A stretch of DNA of 64,000 bases from Eledone cirrhosa (taxonomy: Eukaryota): contig OZ024754.1 of the NCBI GenBank assembly GCA_964016885.1, positions 16,554,001-16,618,000 on the forward strand, in the 5' to 3' direction. Below, one piece after another: positions 1 to 14,517 of the stretch. Both the position numbers and the translations under genes were made by a program. Below the pieces are notes generated by a model. The model was not told the DNA's origin, ran no database searches, and saw only the letters and a list, made by a program, of their open reading frames with translations. Every line of letters begins with the position of its first letter. Position 1 is the stretch's first letter.

Positions 1-3000
1 ATAGAGTCCTAGGTGAGGTTTATCATGGCACCAACCCTACCATTTTATAGAGTGTGTTGGGTGAGGTTTATCATGGCACCAACCCTACCATTTTATAGAG
101 TGTGCTGGGTGAGGTTTATCATGGCACCAACCCTACCATTTTATAGAGTGTGTTGGGTGAGGTTTATCATGGCACCAACCCTACCATTTTATAGAGTGTG
201 TTGGGTGAGGTTTATCATGGCACCAACCCTACCATTTTATAGAGTCCTGGGTGAGGTTTATCATGGCACCAACCCTACCATTTTATAGAGTGTGCTGGGT
301 GAGGTTTATCATGGCACCAACCATACCATTTTATAGAGTGTGTAGGGTGAGGTTTATCATGGCACCAACATTACCATTTTATAGAGTCCTGGGTGAGGTT
401 TATCATAGCACCAACCCTACCATTTTATAGACTGTCCTGGGTGAGGTTTATCATAGCACCAACCCTACCATTTTATAGAGTGTGTTGGGTGAGGTTTATC
501 ATGGCACCAACCCTACCATTTTATAGAGTCCTGGGTGAGGTTTATCATGGCACCAACCCTACCATTTTATAGAGTGTGCTGGGTGAGGTTTATCATGGCA
601 CCAACCCTACCATTTTATAGAGTGTGTTGGGTGAGGTTTATCATGGCACCAACCATACGATTTTATAGAGTGTGTAGGGTGAGGTTTATCATGGCACCAA
701 CCATACCATTTTATAGAGTGTGCTGGGTGAGGTTTATCATGGCACCAACCCTACCATTTTATAGAGTCCTGGGTAAGGTTTATCATAGCACCAACCCTAC
801 CATTTTATAGAGTACTGGGTGAGGTTTATCATGGCACCAACCTTACCATTTTATAGAGTACTGGGTGAGGTTTATCATGGCACCAACCCTACCATTTTAT
901 AGAGTGCTGGGTAAGGTTTATCTTGGCACCAACCCTACCATTTTATAGAGTGTGCTGGGTGAGGTTTATCATGGCACCAACCCTACCATTTTATAGAGTG
1001 TGCTGGGTGAGGTTTATCATGGCACCAACCCTACCATTTTATAGAGTGTGCTGGGTGAGGTTTATCATGGCACCAACCCTACCATTTTATAGAGTGTGCT
1101 GGGTGAGGTTTATCATGGCACCAACCCTACCATTTTATAGAGTGTGCTGGGTGAGGTTTATCATGGCACCAACCCTACCATTTTATAGAGTGCTGGGTGA
1201 GGTTTATCATGGCACAAACCCTACCATTTTATAGAGTGTGCTGGGGGAGGTTTATCATGGCACCAACCCTACCATTTTATAGAGTGCTGGGTGAGGTTTA
1301 TCATGGCACCAACCCTACCATTTTATAGAGTGCTGGGTGAGGTTTATCATGGCACCAACCCTACCATTTTATAGAGTGTGCTGGGTGAGGTTTATCATGG
1401 CACCAACCCTACCATTTTATAGAGTCCTGGGTGAGGTTTATCATGGCACCAACCCTACCATTTTATAGAGTGTGTTGGGTGAGGTTTATCATGGCACCAA
1501 CCCTACAATTTTATAGAGTGTGTTGGGTGAGGTTTATCATGGCACCAACCCTACCATTTTATAGAGTGTGCTGGGTGAGGTTTATCATGGCACCAACCCT
1601 ACCATTTTATAGAGTGTGATGGGTGAGGTTTATCATGGCACCAACCCTACCATTTTATAGAGTGCTGGGTGAGGTTTATCATGGCACCGACCCTACCATT
1701 TTATAGAGTGTGCTGGGTGAGGTTTATCATGGCACCAACCCTACCATTTTATAGAGTGCTGGGTGAGGTTTATCATGGCACCAACCTTACCATTTTATAG
1801 AGTGTGTTGGGTGAGGTTTATCATGGCACCAATCCTACCATTTTATAGAGTGTGCTGGGTGAGGGTTATCATGGCACCAACCCTACCATTTTATAGAGTG
1901 TGTTGGGTGAGGTTTATCATGGCACCAACCCTACCATTTTATAGAGTGTGTTGGGTGAGGTTTATCATGGCACCAACCCTACCATTTTATAGAGTCCTGG
2001 GTGAGGTTTATCATGGCACCAACCCTACCATTTTATAGAGTGTGTTGGGTTAGGTTTATCATGGCACCAACCCAACCATTTTATAGAGTGTGCTGGGTGA
2101 GGTTTATCATGGCACCAACCCTACCATTTTATAGAGTGTGTTGGGTGAGGTTTATCATGGCACCAACCCTACCATTTTATAGAGTGTGTTGGGTGAGGTT
2201 TATCATGGCACCAACTCTACCATTTTATAGAGTGTGTTGGGTGAGGTTTATCATGGCACCAACCCTACCATTTTATAGAGTCCTGGGTGAGGTTTATCAT
2301 GGCACCAACCCTACCATTTTATAGAGTGTGTTGGGTGAGGTTTATCATGGCACCAACCCTACCATTTTATAGAGTCCTGGGTGAGGTTTATCATGGCACC
2401 AACCTTACCATTTTATAGAGTGTGCTGGGTGAGGTTTATCATAGCACCAACCCTACCATTTTATAGAGTACTGGGTGAGGTTTATCATGGCACCAACCTT
2501 ACCATTTTATAGAGTACTGGGTGAGGTTTATCATGGCACCAACCCTACCATTTTATAGAGTGCTGGGTAAGGTTTATCTTGGCACCAACCCTACCATTTT
2601 ATAGAGTGTGCTGGGTGAGGTTTATCATGGCACCAACCCTACCATTTTATAGAGTGTGCTGGGTGAGGTTTATCATGGCACCAACCCTACCATTTTATAG
2701 AGTGTGCTGGGTGAGGTTTATCATGGCACCAACCCTACCATTTTATAGAGTGTGCTGGGTGAGGTTTATCATGGCACCAACCCTACCATTTTATAGAGTG
2801 CTGGGTGAGGTTTATCATGGCACCAACCCTACCATTTTATAGAGTGTGCTGGGGGAGGTTTATCATGGCACCAACCATACCATTTTATAGAGTGTGTTGG
2901 GTGAGGTTTATCATGGCACCAACCATACGATTTTATAGAGTGTGTAGGGTGAGGTTTATCATGGCACCAACCATACCATTTTATAGAGTGTGCTGGGTGA

Positions 3001-6000
3001 GGTTTATCATGGCACCAACCCTACCATTTTATAGAGTCCTGGGTAAGGTTTATCATAGCACCAACCCTACCATTTTATAGAGTACTGGGTGAGGTTTATC
3101 ATGGCACCAATCTTACCATTTTATAGAGTACTGGGTGAGGTTTATCATGGCACCAACCCTACCATTTTATAGAGTGCTGGGTAAGGTTTATCTTGGCACC
3201 AACCCTACCATTTTATAGAGTGTGCTGGGTGAGGTTTATCATGGCACCAACCCTACCATTTTATAGAGTGTGCTGGGTGAGGTTTATCATGGCACCAACC
3301 CTACCATTTTATAGAGTGTGCTGGGTGAGGTTTATCATGGCACCAACCCTACCATTTTATAGAGTGTGCTGGGTGAGGTTTATCATGGCACCAACCCTAC
3401 CATTTTATAGAGTGTGCTGGGTGAGGTTTATCATGGCACCAACCCTACCATTTTATAGAGTGCTGGGTGAGGTTTATCATGGCACAAACCCTACCATTTT
3501 ATAGAGTGTGCTGGGGGAGGTTTATCATGGCACCAACCCTACCATTTTATAGAGTGCTGGGTGAGGTTTATCATGGCACCAACCCTACCATTTTATAGAG
3601 TGCTGGGTGAGGTTTATCATGGCACCAACCCTACCATTTTATAGAGTGTGCTGGGTGAGGTTTATCATGGCACCAACCCTACCATTTTATAGAGTCCTGG
3701 GTGAGGTTTATCATGGCACCAACCCTACCATTTTATAGAGTGTGTTGGGTGAGGTTTATCATGGCACCAACCCTACAATTTTATAGAGTGTGTTGGGTGA
3801 GGTTTATCATGGCACCAACCCTACCATTTTATAGAGTGCTGGGTGAGGTTTATCATGGCACCAACCCTACCATTTTATAGAGTGTGATGGGTGAGGTTTA
3901 TCATGGCACCAACCCTACCATTTTATAGAGTGCTGGGTGAGGTTTATCATGGCACCGACCCTACCATTTTATAGAGTGTGCTGGGTGAGGTTTATCATGG
4001 CACCAACCCTACCATTTTATAGAGTGCTGGGTGAGGTTTATCATGGCACCAACCTTACCATTTTATAGAGTGTGTTGGGTGAGGTTTATCATGGCACCAA
4101 TCCTACCATTTTATAGAGTGTGCTGGGTGAGGGTTATCATGGCACCAACCCTACCATTTTATAGAGTGTGTTGGGTGAGGTTTATCATGGCACCAACCCT
4201 ACCATTTTATAGAGTGTGTTGGGTGAGGTTTATCATGGCACCAACCCTACCATTTTATAGAGTCCTGGGTGAGGTTTATCATGGCACCAACCCTACCATT
4301 TTATAGAGTGTGTTGGGTTAGGTTTATCATGGCACCAACCCAACCATTTTATAGAGTGTGCTGGGTGAGGTTTATCATGGCACCAACCCTACCATTTTAT
4401 AGAGTGTGTTGGGTGAGGTTTATCATGGCACCAACTCTACCATTTTATAGAGTGTGTTGGGTGAGGTTTATCATGGCACCAACCCTACCATTTTATAGAG
4501 TCCTGGGTGAGGTTTATCATGGCACCAACCCTACCATTTTATAGAGTGTGTTGGGTGAGGTTTATCATGGCACCAACCCTACCATTTTATAGAGTCCTGG
4601 GTGAGGTTTATCATGGCACCAACCTTACCATTTTATAGAGTGTGCTGGGTGAGGTTTATCATAGCACCAACCCTACCATTTTATAGAGTACTGGGTGAGG
4701 TTTATCATGGCACCAACCTTACCATTTTATAGAGTACTGGGTGAGGTTTATCATGGCACCAACCCTACCATTTTATAGAGTGCTGGGTAAGGTTTATCTT
4801 GGCACCAACCCTACCATTTTATAGAGTGTGCTGGGTGAGGTTTATCATGGCACCAACCCTACCATTTTATAGAGTGTGCTGGGTGAGGTTTATCATGGCA
4901 CCAACCCTACCATTTTATAGAGTGTGCTGGGTGAGGTTTATCATGGCACCAACCCTACCATTTTATAGAGTGTGCTGGGTGAGGTTTATCATGGCACCAA
5001 CCCTACCATTTTATAGAGTGCTGGGTGAGGTTTATCATGGCACCAACCCTACCATTTTATAGAGTGCTGGGTGAGGTTTATCATGGCACCAACCCTACCA
5101 TTTTATAGAGTGTGCTGGGTGAGGTTTATCATGGCACCAACCCTACCATTTTATAGAGTCCTGGGTGAGGTTTATCATGGCACCAACCCTACCATTTTAT
5201 AGAGTGTGTTGGGTGAGGTTTATCATGGCACCAACCCTACCATTTTATAGAGTGTGTTGGGTGAGGTTTATCATGGCACCAACCCTACCATTTTATAGAG
5301 TGCTGGGTGAGGTTTATCATGGCACCAACCCTACCATTTTATAGAGTGTGATGGGTGAGGTTTATCATGGCACCAACCCTACCATTTTATAGAGTGCTGG
5401 GTGAGGTTTATCATGGCACCGACCCTACCATTTTATAGAGTGTGCTGGGTGAGGTTTATCATGGCACCAACCCTACCATTTTATAGAGTGCTGGGTGAGG
5501 TTTATCATGGCACCAACCTTACCATTTTATAGAGTGTGTTGGGTGAGGTTTATCATGGCACCAATCCTACCATTTTATAGAGTGTGCTGGGTGAGGGTTA
5601 TCATGGCACCAACCCTACCATTTTATAGAGTGTGTTGGGTGAGGTTTATCATGGCACCAACCCTACCATTTTATAGAGTGTGTTGGGTGAGGTTTATCAT
5701 GGCACCAACCCAACCATTTTATAGAGTGTGCTGGGTGAGGTTTATCATGGCACCAACCCTACCATTTTATAGAGTGTGTTGGGTGAGGTTTATCATGGCA
5801 CCAACCCTACCATTTTATAGAGTGTGCTGGGTGAGGTTTATCATGGCACCAACCCTACCATTTCATAGAGTGCTGGGTGAGGTTTATCATGGCACCAACC
5901 CTACCATTTTATAGAGTGTGTTGGGTGAGGTTTATCATGGCACCAACCCTACCATTTTATAGAGTGTGTTGGGTGAGGTTTATCATGGCACCAACCCTAC

Positions 6001-9000
6001 CATTTTATAGAGTCCTGGGTGAGGTTTATCATGGCACCAACCCTACCATTTTATAGAGTCCTAGGTGAGGTTTATCATGGCACCAACCCTACCATTTTAT
6101 AGAGTGTGTTGGGTGAGGTTTATCATGGCACCAACCCTACCATTTTATAGAGTCCTGGGTGAGGTTTATCATGGCACCAACCCTACCATTTTATAGAGTC
6201 CTAGGTGAGGTTTATCATGGTACCAACCCTACCATTTTATAGAGTGTGTTGGGTGAGGTTTATCATGGCACCAACCCTACCATTTTATAGAGTGTGTTGG
6301 GTGAGGTTTATCATGGCACCAACCCTACCATTTTATAGAGTGTGTTGGGTGAGGTTTATCATGGCACCAACCCTGCCATTTTATAGAGTCCTGGGTGAGG
6401 GTTATCATGGCACCAACCCTACCATTTTATAGAGTCCTAGGTGAGGTTTATCATGGCACCAACCCTACCATTTTATAGAGTGTGTTGGGTGAGGTTTATC
6501 ATGGCACCAACCCTACCATTTTATAGAGTCCTAGGTGAGGTTTATCATGGCACCAACCCTCCATTTTATAGAGTCCTAGGTGAGGTTTATCATGGCACCA
6601 ACCCTACCATTTTATAGTGTGTTGGGTGAGGTTTATCATGGCACCAACCCTACCATTTTATAGAGTGTGCTGGGTGAGGTTTATCATGGCACCAACCCTA
6701 CCATTTTATAGAGTGTGTTGGGTGAGGTTTATCATGGCACCAACCCTACCATTTTATAGAGTGTGTTGGGTGAGGTTTATCATGGCACCAACCCTACCAT
6801 TTTATAGAGTCCTGGGTGAGGTTTATCATGGCACCAACCCTACCATTTTATAGAGTGTGCTGGGTGAGGTTTATCATGGCACCAACCCTACCATTTTATA
6901 GAGTGTGTTGGGTGAGGTTTATCATGGCACCAACCCTACCATTTTATAGTGTGTGTTGGGTGAGGTTTATCATGGCACCAACCCTACCATTTTATAGAGT
7001 CCTAGGTGAGGTTTATCATGGCACCAACCCTACCATTTTATAGAGTCCTGGATGAGGTTTATCATAGCACCAACCCTACCATTTTATAGAGTGTGCTGGG
7101 TGAGGTTTATCATGGCACCAACCCTACCATTTTATAGAGTGTGCTGGGTGAGGTTTATCATGGCACCAACCCTACCATTTTATAGAGTCCTAGGTGAGGT
7201 TTATCATGGCACCAACCCTACCATTTTATAGAGTCCTGGGTGAGGTTTATCATAGCACCAACCCTACCATTTTATAGAGTGTGCTGGGTGAGGTTTATCA
7301 TGGCACCAACCCTACCATTTTATAGAGTCCTAGGTGAGGTTTATCATGGCACCAACCCTACCATTTTATAGAGTGTGTTGGGTGAGGTTTATCATGGCAC
7401 CAACCCTACCATTTTATAGAGTCCTGGGTGAGGTTTATCATGGCACCAACCCTACCATTTTATAGAGTCCTAGGTGAGGTTTATCATGGTACCAACCCTA
7501 CCATTTTATAGAGTGTGTTGGGTGAGGTTTATCATGGCACCAACCCTACCATTTTATAGAGTGTGTTGGGTGAGGTTTATCATGGCACCAACCCTACCAT
7601 TTTATAGAGTGTGTTGGGTGAGGTTTATCATGGCACCAACCCTACCATTTTATAGAGTCCTGGGTGAGGGTTATCATGGCACCAACCCTACCATTTTATA
7701 GAGTCCTAGGTGAGGTTTATCATGGCACCAACCCTACCATTTTATAGAGTGTGTTGGGTGAGGTTTATCATGGCACCAACCCTACCATTTTATAGAGTCC
7801 TAGGTGAGGTTTATCATGGCACCAACCCTACCATTTTATAGAGTCCTAGGTGAGGTTTATCATGGCACCAACCCTACCATTTTATAGAGTGTGTTGGGTG
7901 AGGTTTATCATGGCACCAACCCTACCATTTTATAGTGTGCTGGGTGAGGTTTATCATGGCACCAACCCTACCATTTTATAGAGTGTGTTGGGTGAGGTTT
8001 ATCATGGCACCAACCCTACCATTTTATAGAGTGTGTTGGGTGAGGTTTATCATGGCACCAACCCTACCATTTTATAGAGTCCTGGGTGAGGTTTATCATG
8101 GCACCAACCCTACCATTTTATAGAGTGTGTTGGGTGAGGTTTATCATGGCACCAACCCTACCATTTTATAGAGTCCTGGGTGAGGTTTATCATGGCACCA
8201 ACCCTACCATTTTATAGAGTGTGCTGGGTGAGGTTTATCATGGCACCAACCCTACCATTTTATAGAGTGTGTTGGGTGAGGTTTATCATGGCACCAACCC
8301 TACCATTTTATAGTGTGTGTTGGGTGAGGTTTATCATGGCAGCAACCCTACCATTTTATAGAGTCCTAGGTGAGGTTTATCATGGCACCAACCCTACCAT
8401 TTTATAGAGTCCTGGGTGAGGTTTATCATAGCACCAACCCTACCATTTTATAGAGTGTGCTGGGTGAGGTTTATCATGGCACCAACCCTACCATTTTATA
8501 GAGTCCTAGGTGAGGTTTATCATGGCACCAACCCTACCATTTTATAGAGTCCTAGGTGAGGTTTATCATGGCACCAACCCTACCATTTCATAGAGTCCTG
8601 GGTGAGGTTTATCATAGCACCAACCCTACCATTTTATAGAGTGTGCTGGGTGAGGTTTATCATGGCACCAACCCTACCATTTTATAGAGTGTGTTGGGTG
8701 AGGTTTATCATGGCACCAACCCTACCATTTTATAGAGTGTGTTGGGTGAGGTTTATCATGGCACCAACCCTACCATTTTATAGAGTGCTGGGTGAGGTTT
8801 ATCATGGCACCAACCCTACCATTTTATAGAGTCCTGGGTGAGGTTTATCATAGCACCAACCCTACCATTTTATAGAGTGTGCTGGGTGAGGTTTATCATG
8901 GCACCAACCCTACCATTTTATAGAGTGTGTTGGGTGAGGTTTATCATGGCACCAACCCTACCATTTTATAGAGTGTGTTGGGTGAGGTTTATCATGGCAC

Positions 9001-10002
9001 CAACCTTACCATTTTATAGAGTCCTGGGTGAGGTTTATCATAGCACCAACCCTGCCATTTTATAGAGTCCTGGGTGAGGTTTATCATGGCACCAACCCTA
9101 CCATTTTATAGAGTGTGTTGGGTGAGGTTTATCATGGCACCAACCCTACCATTTTATAGAGTGTGTTGGGTGAGGTTTATCATGGCACCAACCCTACCAT
9201 TTTATAGAGTGTGTTGGGTGAGGTTTATCATGGCACCAACCCTACCATTTTATAGAGTGCTGGGTGAGGTTTATCATGGCACCAACCCTACCATTTTATA
9301 GAGTCCTGGGTGAGGTTTATCATAGCACCAACCCTACCATTTTATAGAGTGTGCTGGGTGAGGTTTATCATGGCACCAACCCTACCATTTTATAGAGTGT
9401 GTTGGGTGAGGTTTATCATGGCACCAACCCTACCATTTTATAGAGTGTGTTGAGTGAGGTTTATCATGGCACCAACCCTACCATTTTATAGAGTGTGTTG
9501 GGTGAGGTTTATCATGGCACCAACCCTACCATTTTATAGAGTGTGTTGGGTGAGGTTTATCATGGCACCAACCCTACCATTTTATAGAGTGTGTTGGGTG
9601 AGGTTTATCATGGCACCAACCCTACCATTTTATAGAGTGCTGGGTGAGGTTTATCATGGCACCAACCCTACCATTTTATAGAGTCCTGGGTGAGGTTTAT
9701 CATAGCACCAACCCTACCATTTTATAGAGTGTGCTGGGTGAGGTTTATCATGGCACCAACCCTACCATTTTATAGAGTGTGTTGGGTGAGGTTTATCATG
9801 GCACCAACCCTACCATTTTATAGAGTGTGTTGGGTGAGGTTTATCATGGCACCAACCTTTCCATTTTATAGAGTCCTGGGTGAGGTTTATCATAGCACCA
9901 ACCCTACCATTTTATAGAGTGTGCTGGGTGAGGTTTATCATGGCACCAACCCTACCATTTTATAGAGTGTGTTGGGTGAGGTTTATCTTGGCCCCAACCC
10001 TA
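1..10002. repeat. Satellite array of 48/46-bp monomers (gggtgaggtttatcatggcaccaaccctaccattttatagagtgtgyt), runs off the window start
   Basis: Uninterrupted near-identical tandem monomers. The 46-bp variants lack 2 nt (gagtcctggg/gagtgctggg). The ORFs here are the translated monomer. Confidence 0.98.
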
Positions 10003-10265
10003 GAGAGGTTGTCAGTTCCTTGACAAGAGTCAAGGTTCAACAAAAATAGATGTGGTTCAACAAAAATAGATTAATAAAATATATATTAGACTTAAAACAA
10101 TAAATACTGGTATTGACCAACAAAGTCCTTTCAAAGCATTGCACACACACACATGCATGCACACGCGTGCACACACACACACACACACACAGACCAGTAA
10201 GGATATTATTTAACTTAATACTCGATATCTAAGGAAAGTAGATTATAGATATTAATAAAGGGTAT

Positions 10266-10330
10266 AATGGCCAATGGTCAAGCTAAAATGGCCAATGGTC
10301 AAGCTAAAATGGCCAATGGTCAAGCTAAAA
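10266..10330. repeat. 21-bp tandem repeat x3 (aatggccaatggtcaagctaa)
   Basis: Copies start at 10266, 10287 and 10308. Confidence 0.9.
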
Positions 10331-10416
10331 CTGTTTCTATATATATAGTTATTCCTACCTGTGTCAGTTCATTTCCTACTGACAAGTAGATAGATTATCT
10401 GGAAAAATGATGTTAG

Positions 10417-10845
10417 CAATATTGGTAGTGTGTCGGACAACATGCTTTCTGGCATATAGTTACGTCCCTTTATGTTCTGAGTTGAAATCCCACTGAGGTT
10501 AGCTTTCTCTTTCATCCTTAACCCATTAACATTTAAACCAGCCATATCCATCCAGAATTCTCTTACCTCTTTCTGTTCAAACTGGCTGTAACTGACCATT
10601 CATATTGATGTTAAGGTATTGTTCTCAAAATAAATAATATCAAAATCTCGTAGATTTGATATTATGTGAGATAATTATGTGAGGTAAAGACTTTACCATG
10701 AAAATATAATAGTAATATAGAGTAATGTAAAGGATTAAGTGGGGTCAATAAAATAAAGTACCAGTAACACACACTGGGGTCAATTTAATCATCATTTCCA
10801 TCCCCTCAACCTATTAGCATTGTGCCTAAATCAGAAACCATTATT
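10417..10845 (+). mobile_element. tRNA-derived SINE (family A) interrupted by a piggyBac-type MITE
   Basis: B-box-like gagttgaaatccc and ...tttcatcc precede the MITE. The SINE resumes at ggggtcaataaaataaagtaccag (~10741) and ends tgtgcctaaatcagaaaccattatt. Confidence 0.8.
10518..10738. mobile_element. TTAA-flanked piggyBac-type MITE (family P)
   Basis: ttaa-cccattaacattta ... aatgtaaagga-ttaa. Same internal sequence as the copies at 14627, 23108 and 24163. Confidence 0.8.
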
Positions 10846-11117
10846 ATCATATGTTATATATTTCTTTGAACAACAGGTGGAATTTCAAATTCTATAGACA
10901 CACTGGTTACTGAGTCACACCATAATGATTTATGTCTTAAGCATTAATCAGCAAAATAGATATATTGACTACACAGTTCAACCACTCAAACATACATTTT
11001 ACTTTATAGTAGGCAACATTCCACTTAATGTCATTCAGTTTAACTGTAGTTGTTCACATGTATATATCATCATCATCATCATCATCGTTTAACATCTATC
11101 TTCCACGCTAGCATGGG

Positions 11118-11160
<43 letters not shown>

Positions 11161-11402
11161 CACACACATACATATACTTATATGCATACACTTACATATA
11201 TACAGAAAGAGAGATGCATGTACATACCTCTCTCACTCTCTCTCTATATATGCACACACACACACATATATATATATATACATACACACACATACATATA
11301 TACAGAAAGAGAAATGCATGTACACACACACATATATACACACACATTTACATAAATTCATGCATATAGACATGCAACAAACAACAGCACAAACACACTA
11401 TG

Positions 11403-11454
<52 letters not shown>

Positions 11455-12030
11455 TTTATTTGGTTATAATGATAATAAGAGCATGGTAGAAATATCTGTT
11501 TTAGAGTAGTCCATACATATTCCCTCCACAGCATATTCTTGTATTGATTTCAAATCATTGCAATATTGGATACATTAAGGAAATATAGAAAACCAAAGAA
11601 CCGTAAAGTAGATAACATTTGAATGCAATATCAGAAATATCTTTAAATTAAATTTTATTGTCATCTATCATGTTGAAGCTGTCAACATTTTTCAAAAGAT
11701 CAAAATGTCTGGAGTAGCAAAGATCAAAATATCTGGAGCAGCAAAAATCAAAGAACTCGAAGTAGTAAACTATAACAATATTGTTTGGAGCTTAAAGGGT
11801 GAGCTTTTATCTTGTTCCAATTTTAAAATTTTATATTTTTATTTATTAAAAAAAAAAAAAAACTACTTTTTTATAAATACTTTTAACATTTCAAGTATGA
11901 AATTTTAAATATATCAATCATCATCACCATCATCCTCATCTTTATTTAATGTCCATGTTTTCCTGTTGGACAGGCCTTTACAGACAAAGTCAGTTCTTAA
12001 TTGGCCTTGTGCCTAAATCAGAAACCATTA

Positions 12031-12215
12031 TTGGCAGTATCGGTAGAGGGTCGGACGCCATGCTTTGAAGCATAGAGTTATGTCCCTTTATGATCTGAGT
12101 TCAAATCCCGCCGAGGTTAACTTTGCCTTTTATCCTTACGGGGTCGATAAAATAAAGTACCAGTAATGTACTGGGTAATTGCTGGCCTTGTGCCAAAAAT
12201 AGAAACAATTATTAT
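12031..12215 (+). mobile_element. tRNA-derived SINE family A
   Basis: A-box-like tggcagtatcggtag, B-box gagttcaaatccc, central gcctttyatccttacggggtcgataaaataaagtacc (resembles the MetaSINE domain, from memory), (ATT)n tail. Confidence 0.88.
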
Positions 12216-12277
12216 TATCATTACCACCATGATGATCATGATCATGATCATCATCATCATTGTTATTCTATTGACTG

Positions 12278-12475
12278 CAATGGTACAGACATGTGATACA
12301 TGATGGAGTGTTGTGTGAGGAATTGGGCAAATGTGGTAAATGACGACCTCAGGATGTTGAAGCTCACAAAGGAGATGATACAGGAAAGAGAAAAGCAGAA
12401 GGAAGCTGTACTGAAGAGAACTCATTTAACCCATGAAAACATGGAAAAGCAGATGTAAAAATGATGATGATGATG
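12278..12475 (+). mobile_element. Degenerate RTE LINE 3' end
   Basis: Remnant codons for W..VV.DDLRMLKLTKEM, then cccatgaaaacatggaaaagcagatgtaaaa(tga)n; compare 60529-60700 on the minus strand. Confidence 0.7.
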
Positions 12476-12849
12476 TTTTTGAAATAAATGGAAAGTAAGG
12501 ATAGAACATTCCATTGTTTTTTCGTTCATTTAAAATAACTTTAGACTTGAGGAGCAAAAAACCAAAACAACAACAACAACAAAAACAACAAAATTTAAAA
12601 AGAATATATCTTAGCTCTTCTAATCCAGCTGCCATAAGCATCTCTTTTGTAGTTGGTTTGTTGTCTTTGTGTTTAATTAAATGCTGATTACTCTTGTTAT
12701 GCTGTCTTGTCTCCAGGTAAATTGTTCTACCATGTTGATGCCATTAGAAGTTCTTTTTACTTCACATTATTCAAAATTTGCAACTATATTTTTTACCTTC
12801 TCAATTTATATTAAAAAAATTGGGAGTTACATGATATATTCCATGTGAA

Positions 12850-13032
12850 TTGGCAGTATCGGCAGAGGGTCGAACGCCATGCTTTGATGCATAGAGTTAC
12901 GGCCCTTGCTATTCTGAGTTCAAATCCCGCCGAGGTTAACTTTGCCTTCTATCCTTACGGGGTCGATAAAATAAAGTACCAGTAATGTACTGGGTAATTG
13001 CTGGCCTTGTGCCAATAGTAGAAACAATTATT
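12850..13032 (+). mobile_element. tRNA-derived SINE family A
   Basis: Near-identical to 12031-12215. Confidence 0.9.
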
Positions 13033-13683
13033 ATCATTACTGTCATGATTTAACATCTGTTTTTCAAGCTAGCATGGGCTGGACATCAGGAAAGCCATAA
13101 CTAATGACCTCTCAAATGGGAATAGGACCATATATTGCTTACGTATGTACTTTACAGAATGTGTAGGGTTTCATATTATTGTGGCATCAGCTCCAGAAAA
13201 AGTTGTCATGTCTTTCATACAATTGAAGAATCCTCTCTACACTTTGCTTGGCAAGTTTTCTACAGCTAAATGTCCTTCCTATCACCTACCACATAACAGA
13301 GTGTACTGGCTGCATGTTATTGTAACACCAACACAAGGCCGTACACTTGCATTTCATCCACAATCCATCCAATAGGCTCCTACCATTTCCACCGCCACAA
13401 TGTTTCTCTCGCTTGTCTCAGATTCCATTCAGTGCAGTCGAACTCATATCTTCATGATTGCAACTTTGCTACCTTTCTACCTATTCAGCCATATCTGCAA
13501 TCGTAGCCCAAATATATATTTTGACGCTATATATTATCACTTATATATTATGGAATACTGTTGGCTTCTTGCTACAATAATTTCTATACTTTTCATTTAT
13601 ATTTATATATAACCAACCAAACAGTGAGTGTGTTCTGTTATTAATTCTGGCAATATTACACAAATATGACCCTCCCCAAGTAT

Positions 13684-13714
<31 letters not shown>

Positions 13715-13718
<4 letters not shown>

Positions 13719-13973
13719 AACAAATGAGATCGTGTAGGTGTCACGACAAAAAAACACACAGTCCACGCTGTAATGTGGCCGTGTAGGCAACACGGTAAAA
13801 ACCTCCCAGACCCACACTGTAAATGTGGTGGGTGTTAGGAAGAGCATCCAACTGTAGAAAACCTGCCAGGCAGTCCTATGCGAGCAAGACAATCACTCTT
13901 GCCTCAAGTGGGAAAACCCCCGTCCAAACCCATGCAAGCGTGGAACACGGACGTTAAATGATGATGATGATGA
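13715..13973 (+). mobile_element. RTE 3'-UTR fragment (family of 26213-27074) inserted in (TA)n
   Basis: High similarity to 26805-27074: two ~48-bp modules, gtgttaggaagagcatcc, cccatgcaagcgtggaa...gttaaa(tga)n. Confidence 0.85.
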
Positions 13974-13990
13974 TATATATATATATAATG

Positions 13991-14193
13991 TATGGGGGTT
14001 AGCTGAAAAGTTCATAGGCTCACCAAGATATTGTCATGGAATGACCAAATGAGGTTTATTTTTCAACATTAGTCCCTGGAAAGAAACAATGCAGTTATTA
14101 ATAAGAAGAGTTGCAATTAATACATACAAGTTTTCACAGCTCTAGCATCACTCCTTTGTAGTCAGCCTATGAACCTTTCAGTCAACCCTTGTA
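13991..14193. mobile_element. mariner-type MITE
   Basis: Imperfect ~33-bp TIRs tatgggggttagctgaaaagttcataggctcac / gtcagcctatgaacctttcagtcaacccttgta, with TA at both ends. Confidence 0.7.
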
Positions 14194-14517
14194 AATCTCC
14201 TGTTCAGGTTATTTAAATCTTCCATCATAATTTTATGTAAGAACCTTTGTTCCAAATGAAAACTTGATAATGATTTCTAATTTAGGGATAAGGTCAACAA
14301 TTTGTTGTGAGGTCGAAACTCAATGACATGTATCAAGTATGTGACTGGTACTTTATTTCATCTGCCTTCGAAGCTATGAAAGGTGTTGGTCTTGGTTGGA
14401 TTTGTACTGAGAATGTAAAGAGCCAAAACAAATACTGTGAAGACATTTTGTCCAACGCTCTACCTATTCTGCCAATACTAACTTAACTTGAGAAAGTGAA
14501 TTATATTAATTACTTAA

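Noticed and set aside
1-10002. CRISPR-like array or repetitive protein gene
   Set aside because: No unique spacers and no cas genes. The 46-bp monomers shift frame constantly, so the ORFs are translations of the satellite.
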